The notes under the pieces were generated by a model. It did not search any database. It was not told the origin of the DNA and saw only the letters and a list, made by a program, of their open reading frames with translations. Below, one piece after another: positions 8,390-16,910 of a stretch of DNA of 34,914 nucleotides (within the stretch, counting starts at the first letter, position 1; each line of letters begins with the position of its first letter). The stretch is from a virus. Taxonomy: Duplodnaviria > Caudoviricetes. Location of the stretch: the IMG/VR virus record IMGVR_UViG_3300037502_002994, positions 1-34,914 of that record; one strand, written 5' to 3'. Made by a program: the position numbers and the translations under genes.

Positions 8390-8794
8390 CTATCGTGATT
8401 TTCTGATGCCTACAGTCGTTTTTTCGTAGACGTTGACCAACTCTTCCAAATCTTCTGGGAGTTGGTCGGTTTCACTCAACATTTCACGTACAAATGCGCT
8501 CAATGTATTTGCGTTCACGGTTTCGGTGACCATATCCCCGTATCCGTGATTTTTGAGCCAAGTAAAAAGTTCAGGTTTACGGTCTGGAACAACAGCAGCA
8601 AACGTTTTGGTTTGAACATAGAACGTCTTGCCATTCCGATTGAAGCTTTGCAGCTCTTCTTCTAGCATTTTCATAGACAGTTCTTCGTCCGTCTTTGCAA
8701 TCTTGGCATTGACTGCTTTCAACTCATTCTCAAGTTCTTTTTTTCTGTTTTTCAATTCGGCCAGCTCGTCGGCCAGCTGGAACACATCGCTCAT
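8390..8794 (-). CDS. Conserved phage replication-module protein (coiled-coil N-terminus)
   Basis: Lies between helicase and SSB-like gene; GGAGG RBS. Confidence 0.7.
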   Translation of the reverse strand: MSDVFQLADELAELKNRKKELENELKAVNAKIAKTDEELSMKMLEEELQSFNRNGKTFYVQTKTFAAVVPDRKPELFTWLKNHGYGDMVTETVNANTLSAFVREMLSETDQLPEDLEELVNVYEKTTVGIRKSR

Positions 8795-10488
8795 TGTCCC
8801 TCCCCTTTCTTCTCGAAAAATTTCTTCCAGTTGTCTACAACTAAATCAGCTACATTTTTCTTTTTGCGCAGAGCCTCCATGACGTTTTCATCCACTGTTC
8901 CCCTAGCTACCAGATGGATATAGGTACAAGTGTTGCGTTGTCCTATCCGGTGAATCCTGGCCCGGCACTGCTCGTAATTGGCATAACTATAGTCCAGACT
9001 ATAGAAGATAGCCGTATCCGCTGCTGTCAATGTGATCCCCAATCCGGCTGTCTGCAACTGCGCCACAAACACCCGGCAATCCTCATCCTTCTGGAACCTC
9101 TCAACGGCTGGTCCCCGCTCAGATTGCGGCACGGCACCGGTAATCCAGGCATAATCCACACTGCGCTCTTTCAGAAGATCCAGGATGGCTTCGATCTCAG
9201 GGATGAACCTGGCAAAGATGACAACCTTCTTCCCGGTATCCAATAGGTCATCCAGCGTCTCTTGGAGCAGATGAAGCTTTGCCGTTGAAACCTGCTCCAC
9301 TTCACCCTCGCCGCCGACAAACCCGCCAGATAATTGACTAAGCCTAAGCAGCCTGGAAAGAATGTTGGGGGCGGTGATGGTCTTTTCTTCCGACAGCTCC
9401 GCCACCGACTCCCGAAGCATTTGATTGTATAGCTTCTGCGCTTTGGGCTCCAGGGTGGCATACAAGACCTGATCCACTTGCTCCGGAAGGTCCAGCGCCT
9501 CCGCTTTTGTCACCCGGAAAGCGATGGAGTGCGCTTTCTGCACCAGTTCGGTCATGTTTTTGTAGCCGATAACCTTCTTGGCCCCAGTGTTGCCTATCGG
9601 CTGCTCTACTGCGTACCGAGCCTTGAAAGCATAGAAACTATCCCCGAAAATGTTTGGATCAAGAAACTTGTACTGGCTGAAAAAGTCCAACGGGCTCTGT
9701 GTCACTGGTGTTCCCGTGAGAATCAACCTGTATTTCGCCAGTTTTCCCAATCGGTGGAGTGTTTTGCTCTGCTTGGCCCCGGGTGTCTTGATGCGCTGGC
9801 TCTCATCACAGATGATCATGTCCGGCTTCCACTTGGTCAGCGCTTCCTCCATCCGCCAGGTGGATTCGTAGTTCACCACTGCTACCTGGAGCGTTCCGGG
9901 GTCGGGCTGCCAGGATGCTAGGGTCTTTTCTCTTTCCTTCACCGGACCCTCAAGGGTTCGGACTTCATTGGGAAAATCCGCATACTCAGCAAATTCTTTC
10001 GGCCATACTGGTACCACTGACGATGGAGCGCATATCAGAACTCGTTTCACTTCACTCCGGAGAAACCTCCGCCCGGCAATGGCCACCGATGTAAGCGACT
10101 TCCCACACCCCTGCTCCATCAGGAGCCCTATCGCCGGTAGCGTAATTCCCAAGTTGTACCCCAGTACCTGGTGTCGGAACGGCTTGACCTTGATGGGCAT
10201 GGGTTCCAGCGGTTCAGCCTTTTCCCATCCGGCATCCTTGAGTTTTGAAACTTGTTTTTGCCTCTTGGCGATCTCAGCGATCGCCTCCAAAACATCAAGA
10301 CTAATATCTGCAAGTGGGAAAATCTCTTTAACAGCCCGAACAGTATCCGGGTGAATGGGGTAAGTCCACCGTTTCAGTGTCCCGTCCCACTTGTAGCCAG
10401 GGATCGCTTTGGCTAGCTCGCGGTCTTGATAATCGCACTTCAAAGCGATTCGATTCCTTCTCCTGTCCAACTCTACGACTGCTCGCAT
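8791..10488 (-). CDS. SNF2-family (SF2) helicase
   Basis: MEQGCGKS, ICDESQ, LTGTP, GLGITLT and RIHRIGQ motifs. Confidence 0.93.
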   Translation of the reverse strand: MRAVVELDRRRNRIALKCDYQDRELAKAIPGYKWDGTLKRWTYPIHPDTVRAVKEIFPLADISLDVLEAIAEIAKRQKQVSKLKDAGWEKAEPLEPMPIKVKPFRHQVLGYNLGITLPAIGLLMEQGCGKSLTSVAIAGRRFLRSEVKRVLICAPSSVVPVWPKEFAEYADFPNEVRTLEGPVKEREKTLASWQPDPGTLQVAVVNYESTWRMEEALTKWKPDMIICDESQRIKTPGAKQSKTLHRLGKLAKYRLILTGTPVTQSPLDFFSQYKFLDPNIFGDSFYAFKARYAVEQPIGNTGAKKVIGYKNMTELVQKAHSIAFRVTKAEALDLPEQVDQVLYATLEPKAQKLYNQMLRESVAELSEEKTITAPNILSRLLRLSQLSGGFVGGEGEVEQVSTAKLHLLQETLDDLLDTGKKVVIFARFIPEIEAILDLLKERSVDYAWITGAVPQSERGPAVERFQKDEDCRVFVAQLQTAGLGITLTAADTAIFYSLDYSYANYEQCRARIHRIGQRNTCTYIHLVARGTVDENVMEALRKKKNVADLVVDNWKKFFEKKGEGQ

Positions 10489-10760
10489 TGAAGCACCCTT
10501 CCCCTTTGCTTGTATGGGTAGAAAATTGATAGTGACACTCTGCGTCTTTCGGCAGACACCCATGCCGAACCATCAGACGATCCATGTTCCGGTCTGCATA
10601 ACTCCAACTCAGTCGCTACAATCCTGGCAACCTTATCTGCTTTTTCAACGTCAATGTTTTGAGAAGTATCAAACACATTAATTTTAATGTCCGCTTCTAA
10701 CCCAAATCTTTTCTTAAACTCCCTCTGAATCGTATCAACGGCTTTGGCGAGTTCGCTCAT
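10473..10760 (-). CDS. Hypothetical protein
   Basis: AAAGGAG RBS before MSELAK. Confidence 0.7.
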   Translation of the reverse strand: MSELAKAVDTIQREFKKRFGLEADIKINVFDTSQNIDVEKADKVARIVATELELCRPEHGSSDGSAWVSAERRRVSLSIFYPYKQRGRVLQCEQS

Positions 10761-10778
10761 GGTTTCGCTCCTTTCGGT

Positions 10779-10862
10779 TTGCAATTTGCACTAAACATGT
10801 GACATAATAACTTTGAATAATTTTTTACCTTTGGTCCGCTCTACCGGCGGGCCTTTTTCTTT
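10779..10862 (+). ncRNA. Putative short antisense RNA with own promoter and terminator
   Basis: TTGCAA-N18-CATAAT with extended TG, then GGTCCGC-N7-GCGGGCC-TTTTT; no ORF; opposes the early operon. Confidence 0.5.
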
Positions 10863-10942
10863 TGTTGCCAAGCGGCATATTCCAGCACTCGTAATCTTTC
10901 TTCCATAGTCAGCTGTAGCCACTCACCAACCTTGACATTCAT
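10841..10942 (-). CDS. 33-aa peptide (not in ORF track)
   Basis: MNVKVGEWLQLTMEERLRVLEYAAWQQKKKARR; strong GGAGGTG RBS. Confidence 0.6.
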   Translation of the reverse strand: MNVKVGEWLQLTMEERLRVLEYAAWQQKKKARR

Positions 10943-11003
10943 CCACCTCACCTCCCTTCCAGGTGCTCAGGGAAATTTTTCTTCATTAGGTTGCGGACAA
11001 GCA

Positions 11004-11291
11004 TTACCACTTGAAAGAATTTGTGATTTCAAAGTGGTATTTCTTTGGGACAAAACTTTTCAGGTCCTTGACCTTCCGCAGCTGTTCCCATTGTATTTTT
11101 GGAGGGTACATATGCGCCTCCAGGAAGCGCAATATCTCGATGATGTCGACGGCTTTTTTGGTGATTTCGTCTGCGGTTGGTGCTTTGGGATGCCCCTTTG
11201 AGTACCAATCAATGTTCATCTCTAACATCTCAATCATGTTGCTCACTCCCCATGCTGTAGCCATCAAAACTTTGCTTGGGATCTCATTCAT
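11004..11291 (-). CDS. Hypothetical protein
   Basis: AAGGAGG RBS before MNEIPSK. Confidence 0.7.
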   Translation of the reverse strand: MNEIPSKVLMATAWGVSNMIEMLEMNIDWYSKGHPKAPTADEITKKAVDIIEILRFLEAHMYPPKIQWEQLRKVKDLKSFVPKKYHFEITNSFKW

Positions 11292-11523
11292 AGTGATTAC
11301 CTCCTTTCTCAATCTTCTGAAGTCGGTCATACAGCTCTGTAAGCCACGCACCATCTGCAGTTTGGTATGCGAAGTAGATGAGCTTTTTGATCTTTGCTAT
11401 TTCCCATTGACGTTTGACCAAGTACTTGTATGACTCGACAAACTCCCGCATTTCTTCCTGGTTCAGTTCCCGGTAGTGTTGGATGGCTACGAGTTCTATG
11501 AACCGCTCAGCCACAACGTCCAT
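11284..11523 (-). CDS. Hypothetical phage protein
   Basis: AGGTG RBS before MDVVAERF; overlaps the next gene. Confidence 0.7.
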   Translation of the reverse strand: MDVVAERFIELVAIQHYRELNQEEMREFVESYKYLVKRQWEIAKIKKLIYFAYQTADGAWLTELYDRLQKIEKGGNHYE

Positions 11524-11532
11524 GGCGATCAC

Positions 11533-11802
11533 CTACCCTCTTGGTTGTTCTGAGAGCCATTGCAGCAAAAACCGCTTTGTTTCCTCAGCAGGAAACATCC
11601 ACTTACTACCAACCTTGTACTTGGGGAACCTCGGGTCGTAGAAGAATTTATCCAGGATCGTGTTCCAGGATAAACAAGTGCGCCGCATGAGCTCCTTGCT
11701 ATCCCAAAAAACAAGCTCTGCATCCACTTCTTTAAGCTTTTCCTCGATTTTTTCAAGGTACAGGCGGCGGACCTCTTGTTCATCAACCTGGACTTGAATC
11801 AA
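11533..11802 (-). CDS. HTH DNA-binding protein, possible excisionase
   Basis: FWDSKELMRRTCLSWNTI...KVGSKWMFP winged-HTH pattern; GGAGG + TTG start. Confidence 0.65.
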   Translation of the reverse strand: MIQVQVDEQEVRRLYLEKIEEKLKEVDAELVFWDSKELMRRTCLSWNTILDKFFYDPRFPKYKVGSKWMFPAEETKRFLLQWLSEQPRG

Positions 11803-11832
11803 TGGCCTCCCTCCCTTCGTTCTCCCTCTCAA

Positions 11833-12636
11833 TCAACGGCAGGATGCCGTGTTAGTCTCAACCTGGTGTTCCTCTTTCAACTTTTCGAGAAAGTATAACT
11901 GCCCTTTACCTGTGATGAGCGTTGTCGTGCGAATAAGGTCTTTATCGATAGTGTGGATCACACTTTCTTTTACTTGGAACAGCCCTTGTTCTACGTACTG
12001 CTGTTTCGGTTTGTTTTTCTCTCTCCCCGATTGAATCAGGAAGCCGTTTTTTCTCATCCAGTCGAACAGCCGGTTCCTTCCGATCTTGATCCCATTGTTA
12101 TTGAGGATTTTGGCAAACTCGCCAAACGTGATGGCATCACTTGAGTTGGCGATCGACTTAGCGAAGTTTGTGTAAGGTTTATCCTGTTCAATTTGCTTTT
12201 CAAGGGCTCGCCTTGCTTCCTGTTCCTCTTTCAGCTTTGTAGCCAGCTGGATGAGGAAGTCAGGACTGGTTAGTGCTTTTTCGATGGTTTCACTGGTCAT
12301 GTACGCCCCGTGTTTGCGGATGGATGGGAGGATTTCGTCTGCAACCTTTGCCTGAAATGTTTCGGCCGTCTCGTTTTTTGCTTTCATCGCTAAACGGTAA
12401 AAAATGTTTTCTGGGATAAAACCTTTCCCAACTTGTTGGGAAAAACCGAATTCAGAAATATATCCTCTAACCGTTTCCCATCTCACATATTCAACTCCAT
12501 TTTTCTTCTGAGTAAATCCCAACCCTCTAGCAACATCTTCGAGATTCAACCAGGCTGTTCCGTTTTGATCTAAATATCCTCTCACGCCTTTGACTGAAAT
12601 CAAGCTGCCACCATTAGAAATAGTTAAAGTGCTCAT
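11833..12636 (-). CDS. Phage antirepressor (Bro-N-like + ANT/KilAC)
   Basis: EILPSIRKHGAY, PDFLIQLA, IGRNRLFDWMR and ITGKGQ motifs. Confidence 0.9.
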   Translation of the reverse strand: MSTLTISNGGSLISVKGVRGYLDQNGTAWLNLEDVARGLGFTQKKNGVEYVRWETVRGYISEFGFSQQVGKGFIPENIFYRLAMKAKNETAETFQAKVADEILPSIRKHGAYMTSETIEKALTSPDFLIQLATKLKEEQEARRALEKQIEQDKPYTNFAKSIANSSDAITFGEFAKILNNNGIKIGRNRLFDWMRKNGFLIQSGREKNKPKQQYVEQGLFQVKESVIHTIDKDLIRTTTLITGKGQLYFLEKLKEEHQVETNTASCR

Positions 12637-12875
12637 TTCACCACCTCCTTCTTTTGTTGTTCCTCATAGGTTAACTCGCTAAGTAAAAAAATATCGTCTG
12701 GTTTTTTATTAAAAACACCAGCAATCTTTACAGCCATCTCGTATGATAGCCCCCTTTTTCCTTGTTCGATCTGCCAATAATATGGCTTGCTGATCCCCAC
12801 TTTATCAGCCACATCCTGCAATGTCATTCCTTCTTTTTTTCTTATATGGATCAACTTTTCTCTCTTTTTGCTCAA
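12633..12875 (-). CDS. Cro-like XRE HTH regulator
   Basis: MTLQDVADKVGISKPYYWQIEQG; divergent from the repressor. Confidence 0.9.
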   Translation of the reverse strand: MSKKREKLIHIRKKEGMTLQDVADKVGISKPYYWQIEQGKRGLSYEMAVKIAGVFNKKPDDIFLLSELTYEEQQKKEVVK

Positions 12876-12889
12876 CTTGTTACCTCCTT

Positions 12890-13003
12890 TCAGCGGTTAA
12901 CCTTGAGTTAACTTTATTATAAATTAACTTATTGTTAACTGTCAACATAAAAATTTCTCATTTGTTAACTTTTATTTACGTTAGCAATTAGTTAACTTAT
13001 AAT
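12890..13003. promoter_or_regulatory. Genetic switch: divergent sigmaA promoters and GTTAAC-based operators
   Basis: Minus strand TTGACA(12945-12940)-N18-TATAAT; plus strand TTTACG(12975)-N17-TATAAT(12998); repeated TTAAC-N5-GTTAAC sites, two of them inside the promoter spacers. Confidence 0.8.
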
Positions 13004-13037
13004 ATCTGTAGTTATGAAATTAACGGGGGGTTTATGG

Positions 13038-13487
13038 ATGAGTTTTCCACAAAGGTTAAGAATGTTAAGGAAATCAAAAGGCTTAACTCAAGAAGAATTA
13101 GGACGGAAAGTTAATGTTACTAAGGTATCAATTTCAGGATATGAGAGCGGAAATAGAACACCAGATATGGATACTTTAAAAGCTCTGGCTGATGCATTAG
13201 ATGTAAGCGTCGACTACCTATTAGGAAGGGACAAAGCTCAATATACAAACACCACCCTCCCCGAACTCACTGAGAAGGATGAACGTGACATCCAAAAAGA
13301 ACTTGAGAACCTTATCGCCGGGCTTAAATCAAAAAACGGCTTCGCTGCTTTTGGCGGACAAGACATTAGTGAGCTGGACGAAGAGGATCGGGAACTTCTC
13401 ATCGCTTCTCTTGAGAATTCGTTGCGAATTGCCAAACGCATCGCTAAACAAAAATTCACACCGAAAAAGTACAAAGAAAAACAATAG
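13038..13487 (+). CDS. CI/ImmR-like XRE repressor
   Basis: LTQEELGRKVNVTKVSISGYESGNRTP HTH; C-terminal KFTPKKY typical of ImmA-paired repressors. Confidence 0.92.
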   Translation: MSFPQRLRMLRKSKGLTQEELGRKVNVTKVSISGYESGNRTPDMDTLKALADALDVSVDYLLGRDKAQYTNTTLPELTEKDERDIQKELENLIAGLKSKNGFAAFGGQDISELDEEDRELLIASLENSLRIAKRIAKQKFTPKKYKEKQ

Positions 13488-13503
13488 CAACAGGGGGTTA
13501 CTG

Positions 13504-13926
13504 ATGGCAGGTTGGATCAAACGTGAAGTACAAAAGTTAGTCAAAAAGCACGGCACCAACAACCCCTTCGAGATCGCATCACAGAAAGGTATTGTGCTTG
13601 TGTATGAACAGCTGGGGAACATATGGGGATATCATCACACTTTTAAGCGCATCAAGATCATCCACATCAACGACGATTTGGACGAGCCTATGAAGCGCTT
13701 TGTTTGTGCGCATGAGCTTGGTCATGCAGTCTTGCATCCTGATCTTAGTACCTCATTTTTGCGAAAACGCACACTTTTCAGTATGGATAAGGTGGAAAGG
13801 GAAGCTAATACGTTTGCCATCCGGTTGCTGCTATATGATGATGAGATTATGGAGGGAGAAACCATTGAGCAGTGCTTCAGGAGAAATGGAATTCCTGAAG
13901 ATATGTGTTATCTATATCAAATGTGA
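13504..13926 (+). CDS. ImmA/IrrE-family metallopeptidase (antirepressor protease)
   Basis: AHELGHAVLH...EREANTFA; follows the repressor. Confidence 0.92.
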   Translation: MAGWIKREVQKLVKKHGTNNPFEIASQKGIVLVYEQLGNIWGYHHTFKRIKIIHINDDLDEPMKRFVCAHELGHAVLHPDLSTSFLRKRTLFSMDKVEREANTFAIRLLLYDDEIMEGETIEQCFRRNGIPEDMCYLYQM

Positions 13927-13940
13927 GGGGGAGATTCACC

Positions 13941-14729
13941 TTGAAGGGAATCGGAGCATTTGTTGATGTTGAAACCACGGGGTTGGACACCAAAGCCGAT
14001 GAGATTGTCGAGATGGCCATTGTTCTTTTTAAGTATGACTTGGATAGCGGTCAGATTGCAGAGATTGTGGATGAGTATTGTAGTTTTAACGAGCCATCTA
14101 GAGGGATACCAAGAAAAGCTACAAGTGTGCATGGTATCCGCAAAAAGGATGTTAGAGGACACCAACTGGATCATGACAAAGTTACACAGATGATTGAGAA
14201 GGCTGACTTCATTGCTGCTCACAATGCCAAGTTTGACAGAGGATTTATTCAAAGATACTTTCCTGTAGCAAGTAACAAGCAATGGTATTGCTCAATGAAT
14301 GGTATTCCGTGGCGTTCGTTCGGTTTTAAAAAGAAGTCCCTCGAATCCCTGTTGCATAGTCATAATATCAACATTCAACAAAAACACCGAGCGCTGGATG
14401 ACGTCCATTTGGCGTTACAATTACTTAAGCAACCTTCTCCAGACGGCCAGCCATATCTGAAGTTGATGCTCAAAAAACCATTACCCCCGTCTACAGATCA
14501 AGAAGTAGCGGCCGCCACTGAAACAGTTCAAACTAAAAAACCAATATTACAATTATTGATGGAACAGAAATGGATGGCTTGGGTTGTCACATTAGTATTT
14601 CCCTTCTGGTTCAAAGAAGCACTACTAATCGGCCCAGCCATGATGTGGCTGTATAAGCACCATTCACTAAAAGCCAGATTGTCCATTTCCGTTGTGGCTA
14701 TCATCATATACTTTCTGTTAAGGAGTTGA
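13941..14729 (+). CDS. DEDDh (DnaQ-like) 3'-5' exonuclease with C-terminal membrane anchor
   Basis: ExoI DVETTG, ExoII HNAKFD, ExoIII HRALDD; Pro/Thr linker, then hydrophobic segments at the C-terminus. Confidence 0.85.
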   Translation: MKGIGAFVDVETTGLDTKADEIVEMAIVLFKYDLDSGQIAEIVDEYCSFNEPSRGIPRKATSVHGIRKKDVRGHQLDHDKVTQMIEKADFIAAHNAKFDRGFIQRYFPVASNKQWYCSMNGIPWRSFGFKKKSLESLLHSHNINIQQKHRALDDVHLALQLLKQPSPDGQPYLKLMLKKPLPPSTDQEVAAATETVQTKKPILQLLMEQKWMAWVVTLVFPFWFKEALLIGPAMMWLYKHHSLKARLSISVVAIIIYFLLRS

Positions 14730-14736
14730 CAAGCCT

Positions 14737-15891
14737 ATGGCCAGTTTTCGTAAACGTGGATCTGGGTGGGAGTACCGTATCAAATATATAGATCGGAGAA
14801 CAGGAAAGCCGAGAGAAAAATCTAAAGGAGGTTTTAAAACAAAGAAAGAGGCACAGATTGCAGCGGCTAAAGAAGAAACACGAATCCACCACTATGGCTT
14901 TTCAGAGGATGGTAACGAAAAAGTTGAAGCGTATTTCCAAGAATGGCTAGAAACATACAAAAAACCTCACGTTAAGCCCATTACATACTCCGTACAGGAA
15001 CGTAACGTCCGGCTTAACATTATCCCCAGGTGGGGGAACTACAGACTAAAGGATATTACCAGGAAGGAATACCAACAGTGGATCAATGAACTGAGGGAAC
15101 ATTATAGTGTGGGTACAGTGAGGCGAATACACAGTATTATGAGCAGCGCCCTGGATGATGCCGTGCATGAGTTTAACATTCTACTCGAGAATCCGACTAA
15201 AAAGATTAAAATTCCAAAGGACACCGAAAAAAAAGAGCGGGTGAGTTATTTTACCCGTGAAGAGCTGGACAAATTTCTGAAAACTGTTAAGCGACCCGTC
15301 AAACACGCTAAACACAAACATTCAATTCAATATTATGTGCTGTTTTCTCTCTTGGCCAGAACCGGCTTGCGGATCGGGGAAGCCCTAGCCCTCACTTGGG
15401 ATGACATTGATCTGAAAAAACGCACCTTGTCAGTGAATAAGACACTTGTTTACCCTCTCAATTCAACACCTTATGTTTCTACTCCAAAATCTAAAAACAG
15501 TATTAGAACAATTAAACTTGATAAAACTATGGTTGATCTTTTAAAAAAGCATAGAATCAATCAAAAAGAGGTATATCTTCGATATGAAAATTATAGACCC
15601 TCGGAGAAAAATCTGGTGTTCCATCAACATGATGGTCGTTGGCTAAGGACAAATGTTGTACGAGACTATTTCAAAACAGTATGTAAGCGCGCTGGTGTCC
15701 CCATCTTATCACCGCATGCTTTACGTCATACTCATGCTGTACACCTTTTAGAAGCTGGTGCAAATATAAAATACGTGTCCGAGCGACTTGGTCACGCAAG
15801 CGTGAAAGTCACTGCAGACACGTATCTCCATGTCACCGATAAGATCGAAGATCAAGCATTGTCTCGTTACGAAGAATACATTCAATCTTAA
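14737..15891 (+). CDS. int: Tyrosine integrase
   Basis: N-terminal arm-binding domain (GGFKTKKEA); catalytic R(TGLRIGE), K, H-x-x-R (HALRH), H (LGH) and Y (TYLH). Confidence 0.96.
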   Translation: MASFRKRGSGWEYRIKYIDRRTGKPREKSKGGFKTKKEAQIAAAKEETRIHHYGFSEDGNEKVEAYFQEWLETYKKPHVKPITYSVQERNVRLNIIPRWGNYRLKDITRKEYQQWINELREHYSVGTVRRIHSIMSSALDDAVHEFNILLENPTKKIKIPKDTEKKERVSYFTREELDKFLKTVKRPVKHAKHKHSIQYYVLFSLLARTGLRIGEALALTWDDIDLKKRTLSVNKTLVYPLNSTPYVSTPKSKNSIRTIKLDKTMVDLLKKHRINQKEVYLRYENYRPSEKNLVFHQHDGRWLRTNVVRDYFKTVCKRAGVPILSPHALRHTHAVHLLEAGANIKYVSERLGHASVKVTADTYLHVTDKIEDQALSRYEEYIQS

Positions 15892-15894
15892 TCG

Positions 15895-16108
15895 GTGGGC
15901 AAAAAGTGGGCAAATCCTCTTTTTGTCTGCCTAAAAACCTGATATATAAGGCTTAACCAATACTGCCTTCCATTTCAAACTTAATTATTTAAGGTTTTCA
16001 TATTGTTTCAACGATTAATAAAAACCTTGATATAAAAGGGTTTTTAAAAATCAGCTTATCAAATTTTATCATATTTTTTCGGGCAAAAGTGGGCAAAAAG
16101 TGGGCAAA
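15895..16108. other. attP with GTGGGCAAAAA arm-type repeats; core 15953-15985 = 3' end of sufB
   Basis: Two arm repeats at 15895-15914 and three at 16081-16108; reverse complement of the core reads IKFEMEGSIG-stop, the SufB C-terminus. Confidence 0.85.
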
Positions 16109-16140
16109 TTTTAAGAGAAGGGGAATGCAAAAGAGGAATA

Positions 16141-16170
16141 GAAAAACCCCACGGCTTGACCGCGGGGCTA
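16141..16170 (-). terminator. Intrinsic terminator of the accessory operon
   Basis: CCCCGCGG-tcaag-CCGTGGGG-TTTTT. Confidence 0.8.
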
Positions 16171-16199
16171 TTTGTGTATTCTATATATGCTCAAATAGC

Positions 16200-16568
16200 T
16201 CAGACAAGCTTCCATCCTGTAGAGGCAACCGTCTGGACAATGTGTCCGTTTGGGAGCTCTTTTTTCTCGCGGCGATCATTGTGAAAAACGTACACCCCTT
16301 CAAGGGCGTATGCCTTCGCTCCTGTGTTCGCGTCCATGCATTGTGCCACCAGAGCAGAAAGTTCCTTGAGCATGTACGGCACAGGCGAGGCAAAGACAAC
16401 AATATCTGCATTGTTCGCCAGGTACTCAACGTGCCCTTTCATCTCGGACAACTTCCAACCATCTGCAGGGACGAGAAATTCTTCGTATGAGCCAAAATAC
16501 TCCTTCAAAATTTCAATTTGCTCAGGGAAAAGAGAATGTTGTTCATTTTTCACTACGAAAACTTTCAT
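16200..16568 (-). CDS. Small alpha/beta protein resembling Csx20/Csx15-type ring nucleases (candidate anti-type III CRISPR)
   Basis: Strand + H-x-L-x-x-E-Q N-terminus; C-terminal R-x-E-x3-LPNG hairpin; AAAGGAGG RBS. The CDS is secure; the function is inferred. Confidence 0.5.
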   Translation of the reverse strand: MKVFVVKNEQHSLFPEQIEILKEYFGSYEEFLVPADGWKLSEMKGHVEYLANNADIVVFASPVPYMLKELSALVAQCMDANTGAKAYALEGVYVFHNDRREKKELPNGHIVQTVASTGWKLV

Positions 16569-16587
16569 CTTTGTTCCTCCTTTCAAT

Positions 16588-16621
16588 CCCGCCGTATTTA
16601 TAGTCGCCCGGCGGGTGGCGA
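16588..16621 (-). ncRNA. H-type pseudoknot in the leader of the last accessory gene
   Basis: UCGCC-A-CCCGCCG-GGCGA-CUAUAAAUA-CGGCGGG: S1 5 bp and S2 7 bp, both perfect. Confidence 0.6.
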
Positions 16622-16627
16622 ATATTT

Positions 16628-16909
16628 TTAAGATGATTCGCTGAGCTTCTCAAACTCTTCCTCGGATATAAGAATACCCTCGATCAGAGCATAGCTCAGC
16701 GTGTGTTCGTTGCCGCGTCTAAACTCAATTATTTTGGGCTTGAGAATGTAGCGATGATCACGGTCTTGGCAACCATCGCGCCAGCCGTATTGGGAGCGTA
16801 CATGAAGCGCTCGCACCTTTCTAATTTCACGAAACAATGACTCAAAAGGAACGAAGTTTCCTTTCTCATCATACCCATACGAATACCCACGAACCACTAC
16901 TTTTTGCAT
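16628..16909 (-). CDS. Hypothetical accessory protein
   Basis: GAGG RBS; abuts the HTH stop codon; start may be 16918. Confidence 0.7.
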   Translation of the reverse strand: MQKVVVRGYSYGYDEKGNFVPFESLFREIRKVRALHVRSQYGWRDGCQDRDHRYILKPKIIEFRRGNEHTLSYALIEGILISEEEFEKLSESS

Positions 16910-16910
16910 A

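Noticed and set aside
10841-10942. Type I toxin-antitoxin pair
   Set aside because: The peptide is charged rather than a hydrophobic transmembrane toxin; kept only as an antisense-regulation candidate
13014-15891. Arbitrium (AimR/AimP) or Rap-Phr communication system
   Set aside because: No TPR receptor or signal-peptide pro-peptide gene; the switch is of the ImmR/ImmA type
15953-15985. Functional link between sufB integration and the phage's Cys-rich replication proteins
   Set aside because: Integration is predicted to restore sufB, and nothing in the sequence supports a regulatory link
16200-16568. AcrIII-1 (DUF1874) assignment
   Set aside because: Lacks the N-A-F-S, GH and NR motifs I associate with that family
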